Shown: positions 1 through 9,826, counted from the stretch's first letter. The stretch is DNA of 53,455 nt from Pseudomonadota bacterium (GCA_039185235.1 JBCDAS010000001.1:1-53455); one strand, 5' to 3'. A program made the numbers and translations. Notes: generated by a model not told the origin, from the sequence alone.

Positions 1-236
1 ACCGGGACCACATCCGTGTGGCCCGAGAGCACGACACCCCCCGGCTCAGACGGGCCGACCAGTGCGTGGAGATTGGCTTTCTCGCCGCTCTCATTCGGCG
101 TCAAGTAGCTCTCGACCCCATGGCCCGCCAAGTAATCCTGCACGAAATGGATCAGATCCAGATTCGACACGTTCGAGACGGTCGGGAAAGCCACCAATTT
201 GTCCAGCATTTCTCGGGGTGTGTAATGGGTGCCCAT
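1..236 (-). CDS. argE: Acetylornithine deacetylase / M20 peptidase, N-terminal part (runs off the window edge)
   Basis: Translated by hand from ATG at 236: MGTHYTPREMLDKLVAFPTVS...KANLHALVGP...GGVVLSGHTDVVP, the M20 metal-binding SGHTDVVP motif. Not in the ORF track. Confidence 0.85.
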   Translation of the reverse strand, partial: MGTHYTPREMLDKLVAFPTVSNVSNLDLIHFVQDYLAGHGVESYLTPNESGEKANLHALVGPSEPGGVVLSGHTDVVP

Positions 237-369
237 GATCCGCTCCTCTCGCTTCGCGCGCCATGGGGGACGATCTGGCGCGCCGGGTCAAGGGGACAAG
301 AGGATCCAGGTCTTGCGATGGCGCGCACAAGGGGCGAAAGTGACGTGTGAGAATTACCGGGTGGGCTAA

Positions 370-1017
370 ATGCGGATCAGAAACTCCCCCTATATCATCG
401 CGCTCAGGCATACGCCCGAGGAGTATTGCGAGATCGGGACCGACCGTCTTTTGATTGAGACATTGGAGCTCGAAGAGCTGTCCGACGGCATCTATGATTG
501 GCTCAACGATCCCGAGATGCGCAAATTTGTGAACCTGCCCGCGGGTCAGCTTGGCTCTAACGAGATCTCTCGACTGATCCTTGGCCATGACAACAAAAAT
601 GGGTTCTTGTTCTGGATCACGCCCCAGGATGATCGCGAGCGTCAGATCGGTTTCTTGCAACTCCAGATCAATCCGATGCACCAGATAGCGACTGTGGGCA
701 TCTGCCTTGGCGATCGCGAATGGCAGGACAAAGGTGCCGGGAGCGAGGCACGTTCAGCCGTCAACGACTTCGCTTTCCGCAAACTTGGGGTGCAAAAGAT
801 CATGGCGACCTGTCAGCAGGGCGATGCTCAAAGCCTCTGGGCCATGCATTCCGAGGGGTGGGAGCGTGAAGGCGTGCTCCGCCAGCACCATGCCTCGGAG
901 AAAGGCCGGATCGATGTTGTCCAGTTCGCTCTGTTCCGCACCGACTGGATCAAGCGCATTGATATCTGGGCTGCCGCGCGTGATCAGCGCGAGGCCGAGG
1001 CGGGGGAAACCGCATGA
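370..1017 (+). CDS. GNAT N-acetyltransferase (RimJ/RimL-like)
   Basis: Motifs IGFLQL, VGICLGDREWQDKGAGSEA, FAFRKLGVQKI and GWEREGVLRQH are typical of Acetyltransf_3 proteins. ATGA overlap with the next gene. Confidence 0.8.
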   Translation: MRIRNSPYIIALRHTPEEYCEIGTDRLLIETLELEELSDGIYDWLNDPEMRKFVNLPAGQLGSNEISRLILGHDNKNGFLFWITPQDDRERQIGFLQLQINPMHQIATVGICLGDREWQDKGAGSEARSAVNDFAFRKLGVQKIMATCQQGDAQSLWAMHSEGWEREGVLRQHHASEKGRIDVVQFALFRTDWIKRIDIWAAARDQREAEAGETA

Positions 1018-1250
1018 CCGATCGCGCCCGAACGCTCCTCGCAAAAGCCTTTGAGATTGAGGTATCAGAGGTTCCTGAGACCGCCGCGATTGGCCGCTTC
1101 GAGGCCTGGACCGCGCGCCGTCACGCCCGGCTGTTCGACATGATGGCCGAGGTTTTGGGACGCGAGATGACCGGGGCCGAGGCCTCCTCCATCCACTCGG
1201 TCGCCAGTCTGCAAGCGGTGCTCGACAGCGCGCAGAGGACAGGGGGCTAG
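1014..1250 (+). CDS. Acyl-carrier-protein-like small protein lacking the canonical Ser
   Basis: 78 aa, translationally coupled to the GNAT gene. ACP-like layout (LLAKAFEI...W-x-x-x-x-H...L...EVLGREM...IHSVASL), but WTARRH replaces WDSLxH. Confidence 0.6.
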   Translation: MTDRARTLLAKAFEIEVSEVPETAAIGRFEAWTARRHARLFDMMAEVLGREMTGAEASSIHSVASLQAVLDSAQRTGG

Positions 1251-2435
1251 GATCCTGGCCGCCATCGCCTCGGCGCCTGGTTGGACGCCGGTCCCATCGA
1301 ACCCGCCGGGCACTTGATTGGCCGCTGTCAGAGCGCGCACCAACATCTCCACCCGGTCAGCCTCGGGCGCAATCGGCGCGCGCCAGAAACTATCCAGTGA
1401 GCCGCGATGGGTGAGCCCCGGCAGATCGTAGATCGCCTTGCCCAGGCTCTTGACCGGACAGCCGGCTCTCAGCGCGGATAGACCGGTCGTTGAATTGATC
1501 GTCACCAGGCCCGAGAGGGTCCGGAACAGCGGCTCAAGCGCACCGCCCTCCAGAAAAACCACCCGATCACACAGGCCGAGAATCCGGGCCAACTCACGGA
1601 CTTGAGCGCGCCAGCCGGCCCAACCATTGTCCAGCGGGTGGGGTTTAATCACCAACATCGCGCGCTCGGGCGCATGTGTTGCAAAGCTCCGCATTGTTCG
1701 AGCCAGCGCCGCCTGCACGCCACCTTCTGGCGCATGAAGACGGATCTGATAATCGGTCTCCAGCTGCAGGGCCATCAGGAACAGGGCCCCTCGATGCGCC
1801 GCAATTCGCTGCTGCGCGCGTCGAGACCGGGTCCTTCTGAGCGGCCAAATAGCGGCTTTCCCGACCCATCCCGCCCATTCGATGAGCGGCCCGTCCAAGG
1901 CATGCGTGCGATAATGCGGATGGGTCAGCCAGCCCGCAAACAGATTGGCCAGGTTGTAGGCCACATCCATTGTCGCGAAACGTGCAAAACTGCTCCGATA
2001 ATTGGCGACTGGGACTGCTTCGCGCCGCGCCAAATCCTCGATCTGCCGCCAATCCTTGGGAAACCGCGTGTTGCCGCCAGTGCCGTCACGCTCCACTGTC
2101 AGGAAATGCGGTCGCAGATAGCCCTGCTCGATGACATGGATCCGGACCCCTCTGGGGCCCAGCCTGTCGATCGCAGCGCGATGCCAATGGCGCCCATCGC
2201 CCAGGCAGATCAGATCCGTGATCCCCCAGACCGCCACACGCGCCGCCAGCCAATCGGCCCAATGCTCAGGCCGCCCGCGATAATCCAGAACCCGCGCACC
2301 GCCGCGCCAGAACAGCCGATCGCCCGGGCAAAGGCAGATCCGCGTCACCTCCGCCCCGCGGGCAGTCAAAGCCCGCCCCAGATGGGTCGGAAACCACGAG
2401 GCCGGGCCCTGCAACATCAAGATGCGCGCAGTCAT
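1065..2435 (-). CDS. kpsS: Capsule polysaccharide beta-Kdo transferase KpsS-like
   Basis: N-terminal LMLQGP, EQGYLRPHFLTVE, QLETD, KPHP and VTINSTTGLSAL motifs of the KpsS family. The last ~60 codons overlap the ACP-like gene antisense. Confidence 0.85.
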   Translation of the reverse strand: MTARILMLQGPASWFPTHLGRALTARGAEVTRICLCPGDRLFWRGGARVLDYRGRPEHWADWLAARVAVWGITDLICLGDGRHWHRAAIDRLGPRGVRIHVIEQGYLRPHFLTVERDGTGGNTRFPKDWRQIEDLARREAVPVANYRSSFARFATMDVAYNLANLFAGWLTHPHYRTHALDGPLIEWAGWVGKAAIWPLRRTRSRRAQQRIAAHRGALFLMALQLETDYQIRLHAPEGGVQAALARTMRSFATHAPERAMLVIKPHPLDNGWAGWRAQVRELARILGLCDRVVFLEGGALEPLFRTLSGLVTINSTTGLSALRAGCPVKSLGKAIYDLPGLTHRGSLDSFWRAPIAPEADRVEMLVRALTAANQVPGGFDGTGVQPGAEAMAARILAPCPLRAVEHRLQTGDRVDGGGLGPGHLASQNLGHHVEQPGVTARGPGLEAANRGGLRNL

Positions 2436-2473
2436 GACACACTCTCACACCAAACAAACCGGTTTGACGGGGC

Positions 2474-3397
2474 CTAGAGAAGTCGAAAGCGCGCCTGGGC
2501 GCCAAAGGCCTCCTCCGGACCGATCCGTCCTTCTTCCATTTGCCAAATCAGGGTTGAGAGAACGTTACGCTGGGCGGCGGGCAGGAGAGCTGGATCCACA
2601 TCGGTATAAATGCGCCGGGTCAGAGTTGCAGGGTCAGCTGGGCCATCCTCCAGCGCTGCCAGCACCTGCGCCGCCCGCGCCTGGCGGTGCTGGCGTTGAT
2701 GGGCGATCATCCGGGCGGGATCTGGGATCGGATGGCCGTGACCCGGCAGAAAAATCCGCGCATCGAGCGCTTGGAGCCGATCCAGCGAGGTCATGAAGGC
2801 ACGCATATCCCCCTCGGGTGGCGAGACCAGGGTCGTCGCCCAGCCCATCACGGTATCGCCGGTGAAAACCACATCTCCCAGCTGAAATGACAGATGGTTC
2901 GACAAATGCCCCGGTGTGTGAAGCGCCTTGATCTCCCAATCCGCGCCCGCGATCCGATCGCCATCGGCAAGGCTCCGATCAGGCGCGAAAGCAGGGTCTC
3001 CACCTTCGCCACCACCGATCTCCGATGTCTCGGCCAAATCGCGCATCAGATCTGTCATGCCTGCGCCATGGGGGCCGTAGCCTATGATCTCGGCCCCAGT
3101 GCGTTCCTGTAGCCATCGCGCGCCAGGGCTGTGATCCACATGGCTATGCGTGACGAGGATATGGCTGATCTCTCCTGCCTCGGTCAGGAGACGCGCCAAA
3201 TGATCCTCCCGTAGGGGCCCCGGATCGACCACCGCGACCGGGCCCGAGCCGATCAGATAGCTCTGTGTCCCGGTAAAGGTCATTGGCGAGGCGTTCGGGC
3301 AGGTCAACCGGCGCAGCCGGACTGGGCCTGGGATACCGACCTCCTCCGCCCGGTCGTAAAGCGCTGTCGGATCGCGGTTGAACGGATCGGCTTGCAT
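2474..3397 (-). CDS. MBL-fold metallo-hydrolase (LACTB2-like)
   Basis: THSHVDH motif, TPGHLSNH, GD, PGHG and a C-terminal winged-helix-like segment. Confidence 0.9.
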   Translation of the reverse strand: MQADPFNRDPTALYDRAEEVGIPGPVRLRRLTCPNASPMTFTGTQSYLIGSGPVAVVDPGPLREDHLARLLTEAGEISHILVTHSHVDHSPGARWLQERTGAEIIGYGPHGAGMTDLMRDLAETSEIGGGEGGDPAFAPDRSLADGDRIAGADWEIKALHTPGHLSNHLSFQLGDVVFTGDTVMGWATTLVSPPEGDMRAFMTSLDRLQALDARIFLPGHGHPIPDPARMIAHQRQHRQARAAQVLAALEDGPADPATLTRRIYTDVDPALLPAAQRNVLSTLIWQMEEGRIGPEEAFGAQARFRLL

Positions 3398-3434
3398 GCT
3401 TGCGCCTCCTTGCCTTGGGGCCTAGCTTCCAGGC

Positions 3435-4775
3435 ATGCTCAAACCCGGCTCCATGCTCAAGCCTTACCTGCCGAACAGCCTGTTTTGGCGCGCCTTTATG
3501 ATCCTTGTTCTGCCGATCCTGCTGCTCCAGGCAGTGGTCGCGATGGTCTTTATCCAGCGCCATTACGAAGCGGTGACCCAGCAGATGGCGGGCTCGGTCG
3601 CGCGAGAGATCAACTTCGTGATCGATCAGGTCGATAACTCGACCTCACAAGACAGTCTCGAGCGCACGTTGCGCGACCTGGGCCAATCGCTGAATGTCAG
3701 CCTCGCCTTCTTCGACAGTCAGGACGGACCGCCGCCGGACACCAGGGATCTTTTCGACCTCACGGGGAGCGTGGTCTCGCAGACCTTGCGCAAGCGGATC
3801 CGCAACCCAATCAGCCTGGATTTCATTTCCCATCGCAAAAGCGTGGTGATCGATGTCTATACCGGAAAAGGCGTCCTGCAAGTCATCGTCGGGAGACGCC
3901 AGTTGAACGCCGCCAACCCGCATTTGCTTCTGGTCTGGATGGCGGGCACGGCGATCGCGCTTACGGCTGTGGCGACCGTGTTCTTGCGCAACCAGATCCG
4001 CCCGATCCGCGAGCTTGCCAAAACAGCTATCGCCTTTGGCCGCGGCCGCTCTGAGCCGTTTCGCCCCGGTGGCGCCGAGGAGGTCCGCCGCGCCGGGCAC
4101 GCATTTTTGGATATGCGCAGCCGGATCGAACGCCAGATGGACCAGCGCACGCGCATGCTCTCGGGCGTCAGCCATGATCTGCGCACACCGCTCACCCGGA
4201 TGCGTTTGGCGCTGGCGGTGGCGGAGCCCACGCTCGAGACCAAAGAGCTTACCCAGGATGTCGCGGAAATGGAGCATATGCTGGACGCTTTCCTGGATTT
4301 CGCCAAAGGGGCGAATGGCGAGGCGCCGGAGCTCTGCTCGCCGATTGATCTGGCCGACGAGGTCGTCCGCGATGCCAGGCGTCAGAGCAAGGCCGTCGCA
4401 GCCTATACTGAGATCGAGACGCCCGACCAACGCGAAGTGGTGCTGCGTCGGGCCGAGACCAAACGCTGTTTGACCAACCTGGTCGTGAACGCGATGAGCT
4501 ATGGTGACCAGGTCTCGCTGACGACGAGACTGACCAAGCGATACCTGGAATTCGTCGTCGAAGACGATGGCCCCGGCATCCCGCCAGATCGCCGGGACGA
4601 GGTGCTGAAGCCCTTCACCCGGCTCGATGAAAGCCGTAGTCAAGATATCGCCAGTGGGGTGGGCCTCGGTCTCTCGATCGCGCTGGACATCGTGCGCAGC
4701 CAAGGCGGCTCGCTTCGCCTTAGCGAGAGCGAGCGACTGGGCGGTTTGGCGGCAAGCGTCATCCTACCTAGGTAA
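3435..4775 (+). CDS. EnvZ-like sensor histidine kinase
   Basis: Two TM segments, HAMP, H-box SHDLRTPLTR, N-box, DDGPGI and GLGL. No response regulator is adjacent. Confidence 0.92.
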   Translation: MLKPGSMLKPYLPNSLFWRAFMILVLPILLLQAVVAMVFIQRHYEAVTQQMAGSVAREINFVIDQVDNSTSQDSLERTLRDLGQSLNVSLAFFDSQDGPPPDTRDLFDLTGSVVSQTLRKRIRNPISLDFISHRKSVVIDVYTGKGVLQVIVGRRQLNAANPHLLLVWMAGTAIALTAVATVFLRNQIRPIRELAKTAIAFGRGRSEPFRPGGAEEVRRAGHAFLDMRSRIERQMDQRTRMLSGVSHDLRTPLTRMRLALAVAEPTLETKELTQDVAEMEHMLDAFLDFAKGANGEAPELCSPIDLADEVVRDARRQSKAVAAYTEIETPDQREVVLRRAETKRCLTNLVVNAMSYGDQVSLTTRLTKRYLEFVVEDDGPGIPPDRRDEVLKPFTRLDESRSQDIASGVGLGLSIALDIVRSQGGSLRLSESERLGGLAASVILPR

Positions 4776-4817
4776 ACTAGCAGGGCGCCCATAAAATCCG
4801 GGCATTCTCGAGAGGTA

Positions 4818-4997
4818 AACCAAACGGAATGCGGCTTGCGCCGCATACACCTATATTTGGCGCCCGTGCGGGCGCATTGGCCCCAGCCTGACTGCTCTCG
4901 CATAAATCTGAGCTATGCGCCTTGCGTCCCTGCCCATGCTTGCATGGGTGGCGGGCTCCGCCCGCCGTAGGCCCGTAAGGGCCCAGGGGCGCCTGCG
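4818..4997 (+). repeat. ~180-bp structured intergenic repeat, copy 1
   Basis: AACCAAACGGAATGCGGCTTGCGCCGCATACACCTATATTTGGCGCCC...CAGGGGCGCCTGCG; closely matches copies at 8986, 19732 and 49478 (reverse). Confidence 0.95.
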
Positions 4998-5029
4998 CGG
5001 TGGTTGGGCTCTGAGATCCTCAGCGCGCC

Positions 5030-6367
5030 TTAGTATTCTTCCTCGGATGCTGGACCTGTGGTCAGGTTCTCCCAAGCCCGGCTCAAATAATCAGGCCGGA
5101 GCTGCGGCGCGACCCCCTCATATGTGCAGATCGACAGGCATTGGTCGATCAGGAACTTTGGATGGAATGAGCTGAAGTTCCGCCCGCTCGCCTCATAGAG
5201 ATCGAACAAGATGAACGCCAAGAGATACTCATCCACCGTCAATCCATGCGCCTTCGCTGTCGCCAGGAAGATCCGGATATAGGTCTCGCGCGTCGGACGG
5301 TCGATATGGATCTTGTGGCGCAACCGGCGCAGCGCCGCTTCATCGACCAGATCTTCCGGCATCTTGTTGGTCGAGAACACCACCAAAAGCTCGAAAGGCA
5401 CTTCGAACTTCCGGCCCGATTGCAGCGTGAGATAGTCGACCCGCTTCTCCAACGGTATGATCAAGCGGTTCACGATATCCTGTGGGCTTTGGCGTTGGCG
5501 GCCGAAATCGTCGACCACGAATACGCCGCCATTGGCCTTCATCTGCAGAGGCGCCGAGTAGGTCCGGCTGACGGGGCTGTAGGAGAGATCCAACATCTCC
5601 ATCATCAACTCACCGCCAGTAATCAGCGAGGGCCGTTTGCAAAGCGCATAACGTTGATCGTAGTTGAGCGAGTTCCGAAGCCCCTTCATCGCCTCATGGC
5701 CATCGCCAACGGTCTCATGAACCTCGGGATCAAAGACGCGGATGATCTGGTTATCGACGGCCACGCAATAGGGAACCAGGATCAGGTCCTCATAGGCCTC
5801 GCAAAGCGCCTCTGAGATGGTCGATTTCCCGTTGCCTGGCGGCCCGTAGATCAGCATTGAGGTCGAGGAGTTCGCCGCTGGACCCAGCTTTGACATCAGA
5901 TCCTCGGTGATCACCAGATTGCGGAACACATAGTTCAAGCGCTCGCGGCTCAGGATCTCGTTTCGCACCGGTTGATCATTCATCACCCGGACATAGCTCG
6001 CCACTGGGACTGGTGCCGGTCCGGTCCAGTCGGAAAAGCTCAATGCCTCCTGCGCCCAGGCACGACCTTTATTGGTCAGCTGATACTTCATCTCGGCGTT
6101 CAGATTGGCGCCGAGCTGGCCCATTTTCTGGAACAGGCCCTTCATTTCCGCCTGCTCAATGATCTGATCGACGACGCGCGGCGGCAGCTTGATCGCATGG
6201 CTCATCGCGCTCGGGCGCTCGAGACCGTTGCGGAAGACAGTCTTGACCAGAAGATCGATTAAGTAGGTGGATTCAAGGCCAGTTTCATCCAAGCTGCGCG
6301 GCGAAGGGGCTTGAGGATAACGCCGAAAAGCTCCAGCATCCGATAGATTTCGCTCCAGCGCAGTCAT
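5030..6367 (-). CDS. AAA+ family ATPase of unknown function
   Basis: Walker A GPPGNGKS, Walker B VFVVDD, STN sensor, AALRR arginine finger. Confidence 0.85.
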   Translation of the reverse strand: MTALERNLSDAGAFRRYPQAPSPRSLDETGLESTYLIDLLVKTVFRNGLERPSAMSHAIKLPPRVVDQIIEQAEMKGLFQKMGQLGANLNAEMKYQLTNKGRAWAQEALSFSDWTGPAPVPVASYVRVMNDQPVRNEILSRERLNYVFRNLVITEDLMSKLGPAANSSTSMLIYGPPGNGKSTISEALCEAYEDLILVPYCVAVDNQIIRVFDPEVHETVGDGHEAMKGLRNSLNYDQRYALCKRPSLITGGELMMEMLDLSYSPVSRTYSAPLQMKANGGVFVVDDFGRQRQSPQDIVNRLIIPLEKRVDYLTLQSGRKFEVPFELLVVFSTNKMPEDLVDEAALRRLRHKIHIDRPTRETYIRIFLATAKAHGLTVDEYLLAFILFDLYEASGRNFSSFHPKFLIDQCLSICTYEGVAPQLRPDYLSRAWENLTTGPASEEEY

Positions 6368-6460
6368 AGATCACCCCGATGTTTTCTTCGTTTTCCCACA
6401 AAACTTCATTCAATTACAGATAAGCAAGCGGTCCTAGCCTACGGTACCTGCAACGAATCT

Positions 6461-6802
6461 TCAATGCATTCTCGCCCCGTTTGGAACCTTAAGATCTGGT
6501 TTAAGGAGCACAATCGCACCCGCATCATCACTCAACCCCAGGGTGAGTACTTCCGACATAAACGGTCCGATCTGCCGCGGCGGGAAGTTAACAACCCCCA
6601 AAACCTGCCGCCCAACCAGAGCTTCCAGATCATAATGGTCGGTGATCTGGGCCGAGGTCTTCTTCTCGCCGATCTCCGGACCAAAGTCGATCCAAAGCTT
6701 AATCGCAGGCTTTCTCGCCTCGGGAAACGGTTCAGCGCGCAGCACCGTGCCAACCCTAATGTCGACCTTGAGAAAGTCATCAAAGCTGATTTCGTCGCTC
6801 AT
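6461..6802 (-). CDS. csaA: tRNA-binding / export chaperone CsaA
   Basis: Starts MSDEISFDDFLKVDIRVG; FPEARKPA, VNFPPRQIGPFMSEVL and VPNGARM are CsaA signatures. Confidence 0.92.
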   Translation of the reverse strand: MSDEISFDDFLKVDIRVGTVLRAEPFPEARKPAIKLWIDFGPEIGEKKTSAQITDHYDLEALVGRQVLGVVNFPPRQIGPFMSEVLTLGLSDDAGAIVLLKPDLKVPNGARMH

Positions 6803-6860
6803 CTTCGCACCATCTTTCTGATGCGTCGAGCAAGGCATTGTTTTCGCCAGGAGGCAAGCG

Positions 6861-7673
6861 TCAGCCAGCCAGTTCTCGCGACCTTTCTGCAGCAGCCGCG
6901 ACTGTGCGTCGAATTAGGTCAGGCAGGTCCTGCATCAGGACACCCAAGCCGGCCGCAGTTGTTCCACCAGGGGACGTTACATTCTCGCGAAGAACATCCG
7001 CAGGCTCGGTCGAGGCCGCCGCAAGCGCGCCCGCGCCAGAAACGGTCGCCCGGGCAAGCGCCATGGCAAGCTCAGGTGGCAAGCCCTCTGCTTCCCCCGC
7101 CGCAGCCATTGCCTCGATGAGATGGAACACATAAGCCGGACCCGAGCCGGACAGCCCGGTGACCACATCCATATGCGCCTCCGTCTCCAGCCGGACCGTG
7201 CTGCCAACCGCCGCCATCAGCTGCTCGGCCATCACCAGATGCGCCTCGGTCGTGGCCGCGTTGCCGAAGATGGCCGAGATCCCCTGCCCGATTGCCGAGG
7301 GGGTATTGGGCATGACCCGAATGATCGGGGTCTCAGCGCCAAACATGGCTTCAAAAGCAGCGATCGGCGTGCCGGCGGCAATCGAGATGAAGACCGTCCC
7401 CGAAGCCGCCAAAGGCGCCAGCTCTGGCGCAGCCTCTTCAATGATCTGCGGCTTGACCGCCAAGATCGCGACCGAAGCGGCATCAGGCAGCCCTTGGTTG
7501 AGGCGCACGCCAGTTGTTGTCAGAGCCTCCGACGGGTGGGGCTCGATGACATGGATGGTCTCGGCGGGCAGGCCCGAGGCAAGCCAGCCCTCCAACAAGG
7601 CGCCCCCCATCTTGCCGCAGCCGAGCAAAACGAGGGAACGCCCCCCCGCCGCATCCGGCGATGTTCCTTGCAT
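6861..7673 (-). CDS. proC: Pyrroline-5-carboxylate reductase
   Basis: GCGKMG, AVKPQ, RVMPNTP, SGSGPAY, VTSPGGTT. Confidence 0.96.
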   Translation of the reverse strand: MQGTSPDAAGGRSLVLLGCGKMGGALLEGWLASGLPAETIHVIEPHPSEALTTTGVRLNQGLPDAASVAILAVKPQIIEEAAPELAPLAASGTVFISIAAGTPIAAFEAMFGAETPIIRVMPNTPSAIGQGISAIFGNAATTEAHLVMAEQLMAAVGSTVRLETEAHMDVVTGLSGSGPAYVFHLIEAMAAAGEAEGLPPELAMALARATVSGAGALAAASTEPADVLRENVTSPGGTTAAGLGVLMQDLPDLIRRTVAAAAERSRELAG

Positions 7674-8176
7674 CAGGCGGTGCCGTAAGCTTCTTCGATG
7701 GCCATTTCCGCGCCTTCCTCGGCGCTGGAGTTGGCCCAGCAGACCAGTTGGAACGCCGGATAGAACCGCTCGGCCAGACCGACAGCGCTCAAAACCATCG
7801 CTTCGACCTGCTCAGGCGTTGCATGGGCGCCACCGGCCAGGGTCAAACCATAGCGAAAAGCGACCAGGCGCTGGTCTGGCCAGAAAGTGAATCCCCCGCC
7901 CCAAACCCGATCATTGGCCAGGTTCAAAAGGCGGTAGAATTCCTCCAGCCGATCCTCTGGCGGGTTGAGCTCGAAAGTGCAGACCAAGCGCAACATGTCA
8001 TCATAGCCCGACCAGGCAAGCGACAGCGAATAGGTCCGCCACTGTGCCTCGATTGCCATTGCGATCTGGTCTTCGCCCACTCGGTCAAAATCCCACTCAC
8101 ACTGCTCTGCAAGGGTCTCAACAATATCGATCGGATGAATATCGGTGGTATGGAAGTCTTGCTCGACGGCAGTCAT
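7673..8176 (-). CDS. YbjN-domain protein
   Basis: HPIDIVE...W.F.R.GEDQIAM...ERFYPAFQ...YGTA; conserved gene upstream of proC in Alphaproteobacteria. Confidence 0.85.
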   Translation of the reverse strand: MTAVEQDFHTTDIHPIDIVETLAEQCEWDFDRVGEDQIAMAIEAQWRTYSLSLAWSGYDDMLRLVCTFELNPPEDRLEEFYRLLNLANDRVWGGGFTFWPDQRLVAFRYGLTLAGGAHATPEQVEAMVLSAVGLAERFYPAFQLVCWANSSAEEGAEMAIEEAYGTA

Positions 8177-8418
8177 GCCTCTCCCCCATTTTGTGGTGGT
8201 CCTGAGAGGCCAGCTCCACAGGATACACCCTGGGTTGCCATTGGTCGTGTACGCGACGCGTTCGACCTACGAGATATGGTGGAGGAAAGGATTCCAAGGG
8301 GCAAGGGGTTTTTGCCCTGAGTCGCAAAAGATTCGCATCAGCGCCCAGGAAACTGCCCAAGATCGGAGCATCCCTTTCCCGCGGTCCACAGCCGCCTACA
8401 TTTTCAATCTGGAGGCTC

Positions 8419-8919
8419 GTGATGGAAGACATTGCCCTTGTTCCTGCCCTGGTCGCTGGCGCGGTCGCACTCGCCTGCGCGGTCGCGGGCGGCGTGCTCA
8501 CCCGGCTCGGCCCCTGGTACGATCAGCTGCGCAAACCAAGCTTTCAGCCGCCCGATTGGCTGTTCGGCCCCGCCTGGACCGTGATCTTTACGTTGACCGC
8601 GATCGCAGGCTATCGCGCCTGGATGGGGGCCGCACCGGCTGATGCCACTTGGATCCTGGCGCTTTTCCTGGTGAACGCCCTGTTGAACGCCGCCTGGAGC
8701 GGGTTTTTCTTTACCATGCGCCGGCCGGATTGGGCCTTGTGTGAAGTCGCGCTGCTTTGGCTCTCGATCATCGTCCTGATCGTGGCGATCTGGCCGATTG
8801 ATCTGACAGCAGCCGCGTTGTTGATACCCTATCTGTTCTGGGTCAGTTTTGCCGCGGTGCTCAACCTCGCCGTCGTCCGCCTGAATGCACCCTTTGGCGC
8901 CAAAACGGCGTCGGAATAG
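8419..8919 (+). CDS. tspO: TspO/MBR tryptophan-rich sensory protein
   Basis: WYDQLRKPSFQPPDWLFGPAW, NAAWS, PYLFWVSFA. Start may be ATG 8422. Confidence 0.92.
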   Translation: MMEDIALVPALVAGAVALACAVAGGVLTRLGPWYDQLRKPSFQPPDWLFGPAWTVIFTLTAIAGYRAWMGAAPADATWILALFLVNALLNAAWSGFFFTMRRPDWALCEVALLWLSIIVLIVAIWPIDLTAAALLIPYLFWVSFAAVLNLAVVRLNAPFGAKTASE

Positions 8920-8985
8920 CGAGGCTGCGACGCGAGAAATACCTAAATGATCCCCGGCTCAGCAAACAGGATCCGCCGCAGATCG

Positions 8986-9165
8986 AACCAAACGGAATGC
9001 GGCTTGCGCCGCATGCACCTATATTTAGCGCCCTCCCGGGCGCATTGGCCCCAGTCGGACTGCTCTCGCAAAACTCTGAGCTAGGCGCTTTGCGTCCCTG
9101 CCCATGCTTGCATGGGTGGCGGGCTTTGCCCGACGTAATCCCGTAAGGGATCAGGGACGCTTGCG
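8986..9165 (+). repeat. ~180-bp structured intergenic repeat, copy 2
   Basis: Same sequence family as 4818-4997; lies between convergent tspO and the sulfotransferase gene. Confidence 0.95.
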
Positions 9166-9226
9166 ATGGTCGCTGGGCTGCTCGTCAGGCGGGGAGATGA
9201 TCGCTCAAAGCGGGCGCATCTGCATC

Positions 9227-9826
9227 CTACCTGCCAAACCGAAAGTCGAAGAACTCGATATCGTCGCGATAGATCCGGGCAATTGCCTCTTGGCTTGCGC
9301 GATCATAGGCCTCACGGTAGTCGATGCGCTCCGGCGCCGCGTTTTCCTGGCACAGCGCGCCTGGATCATAGCCGAGCTCCTCCAAGATGTCTGGAAGACT
9401 GTCGCCGAGAGCCCTGAAGTCCTCCAACCGGCTCACCGCGATCTTGCCTTTGGGTGCGACCAGCGGGCGCTGCGGGCGATAGAACGCCTCGGCCACATCC
9501 TGCACATAGTCCGAGAAGGACAGATCGCGCACCCGCTCATGCCATTCATGATCCGGCGTACGCTTCACATAGCGATAGAGCGAGAATGCCCAATCCCAAC
9601 TGTTGCGGTAATAGGCAAACGAGAAATACCGCTCCGTCGACGGGCCCAGGAGCCGTGCGATCTCGCCCGCGCCGTCATGGATGCCAATCTTGGCATTCAG
9701 CAAGCTCCGCTCCAACCGCCAGGCGCGATTCCGCCCCCGGGCAAAGAACCGGGTCACCGTCATCCCGCCGGTCTTGGGCACATGGACGAAGAAGAACCGC
9801 ATCTGCTCGTCGACAAAGCTGGTCAC
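9227..9826 (-). CDS. Sulfotransferase family 2 domain protein
   Basis: FFFVHVPKTGGMTV (5'-PAPS-binding motif), RNSWDW.FSLY, PQ, Y..DIEFFDF. Confidence 0.85.
   Translation of the reverse strand: MTSFVDEQMRFFFVHVPKTGGMTVTRFFARGRNRAWRLERSLLNAKIGIHDGAGEIARLLGPSTERYFSFAYYRNSWDWAFSLYRYVKRTPDHEWHERVRDLSFSDYVQDVAEAFYRPQRPLVAPKGKIAVSRLEDFRALGDSLPDILEELGYDPGALCQENAAPERIDYREAYDRASQEAIARIYRDDIEFFDFRFGR

Noticed and set aside
4818-4997. The 180-bp repeat as a tRNA, CRISPR array or known ribozyme
   Set aside because: The four-way junction lacks the T-loop GTTC, D-loop and 7-nt anticodon loop. Copies are dispersed with no spacers or cas genes. No hammerhead CUGAnGA/GAAA core is present.
4915-5175. Recurrent peptide MLAWVAG..RR.P.R.QGRLR in track ORFs (4915, 9104, 19864, 49390) as a small protein family
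   Set aside because: These are translations of the 180-bp repeat. Lengths and stops differ, most run antisense into real genes, and copy 3 changes preserve base pairing rather than codons.
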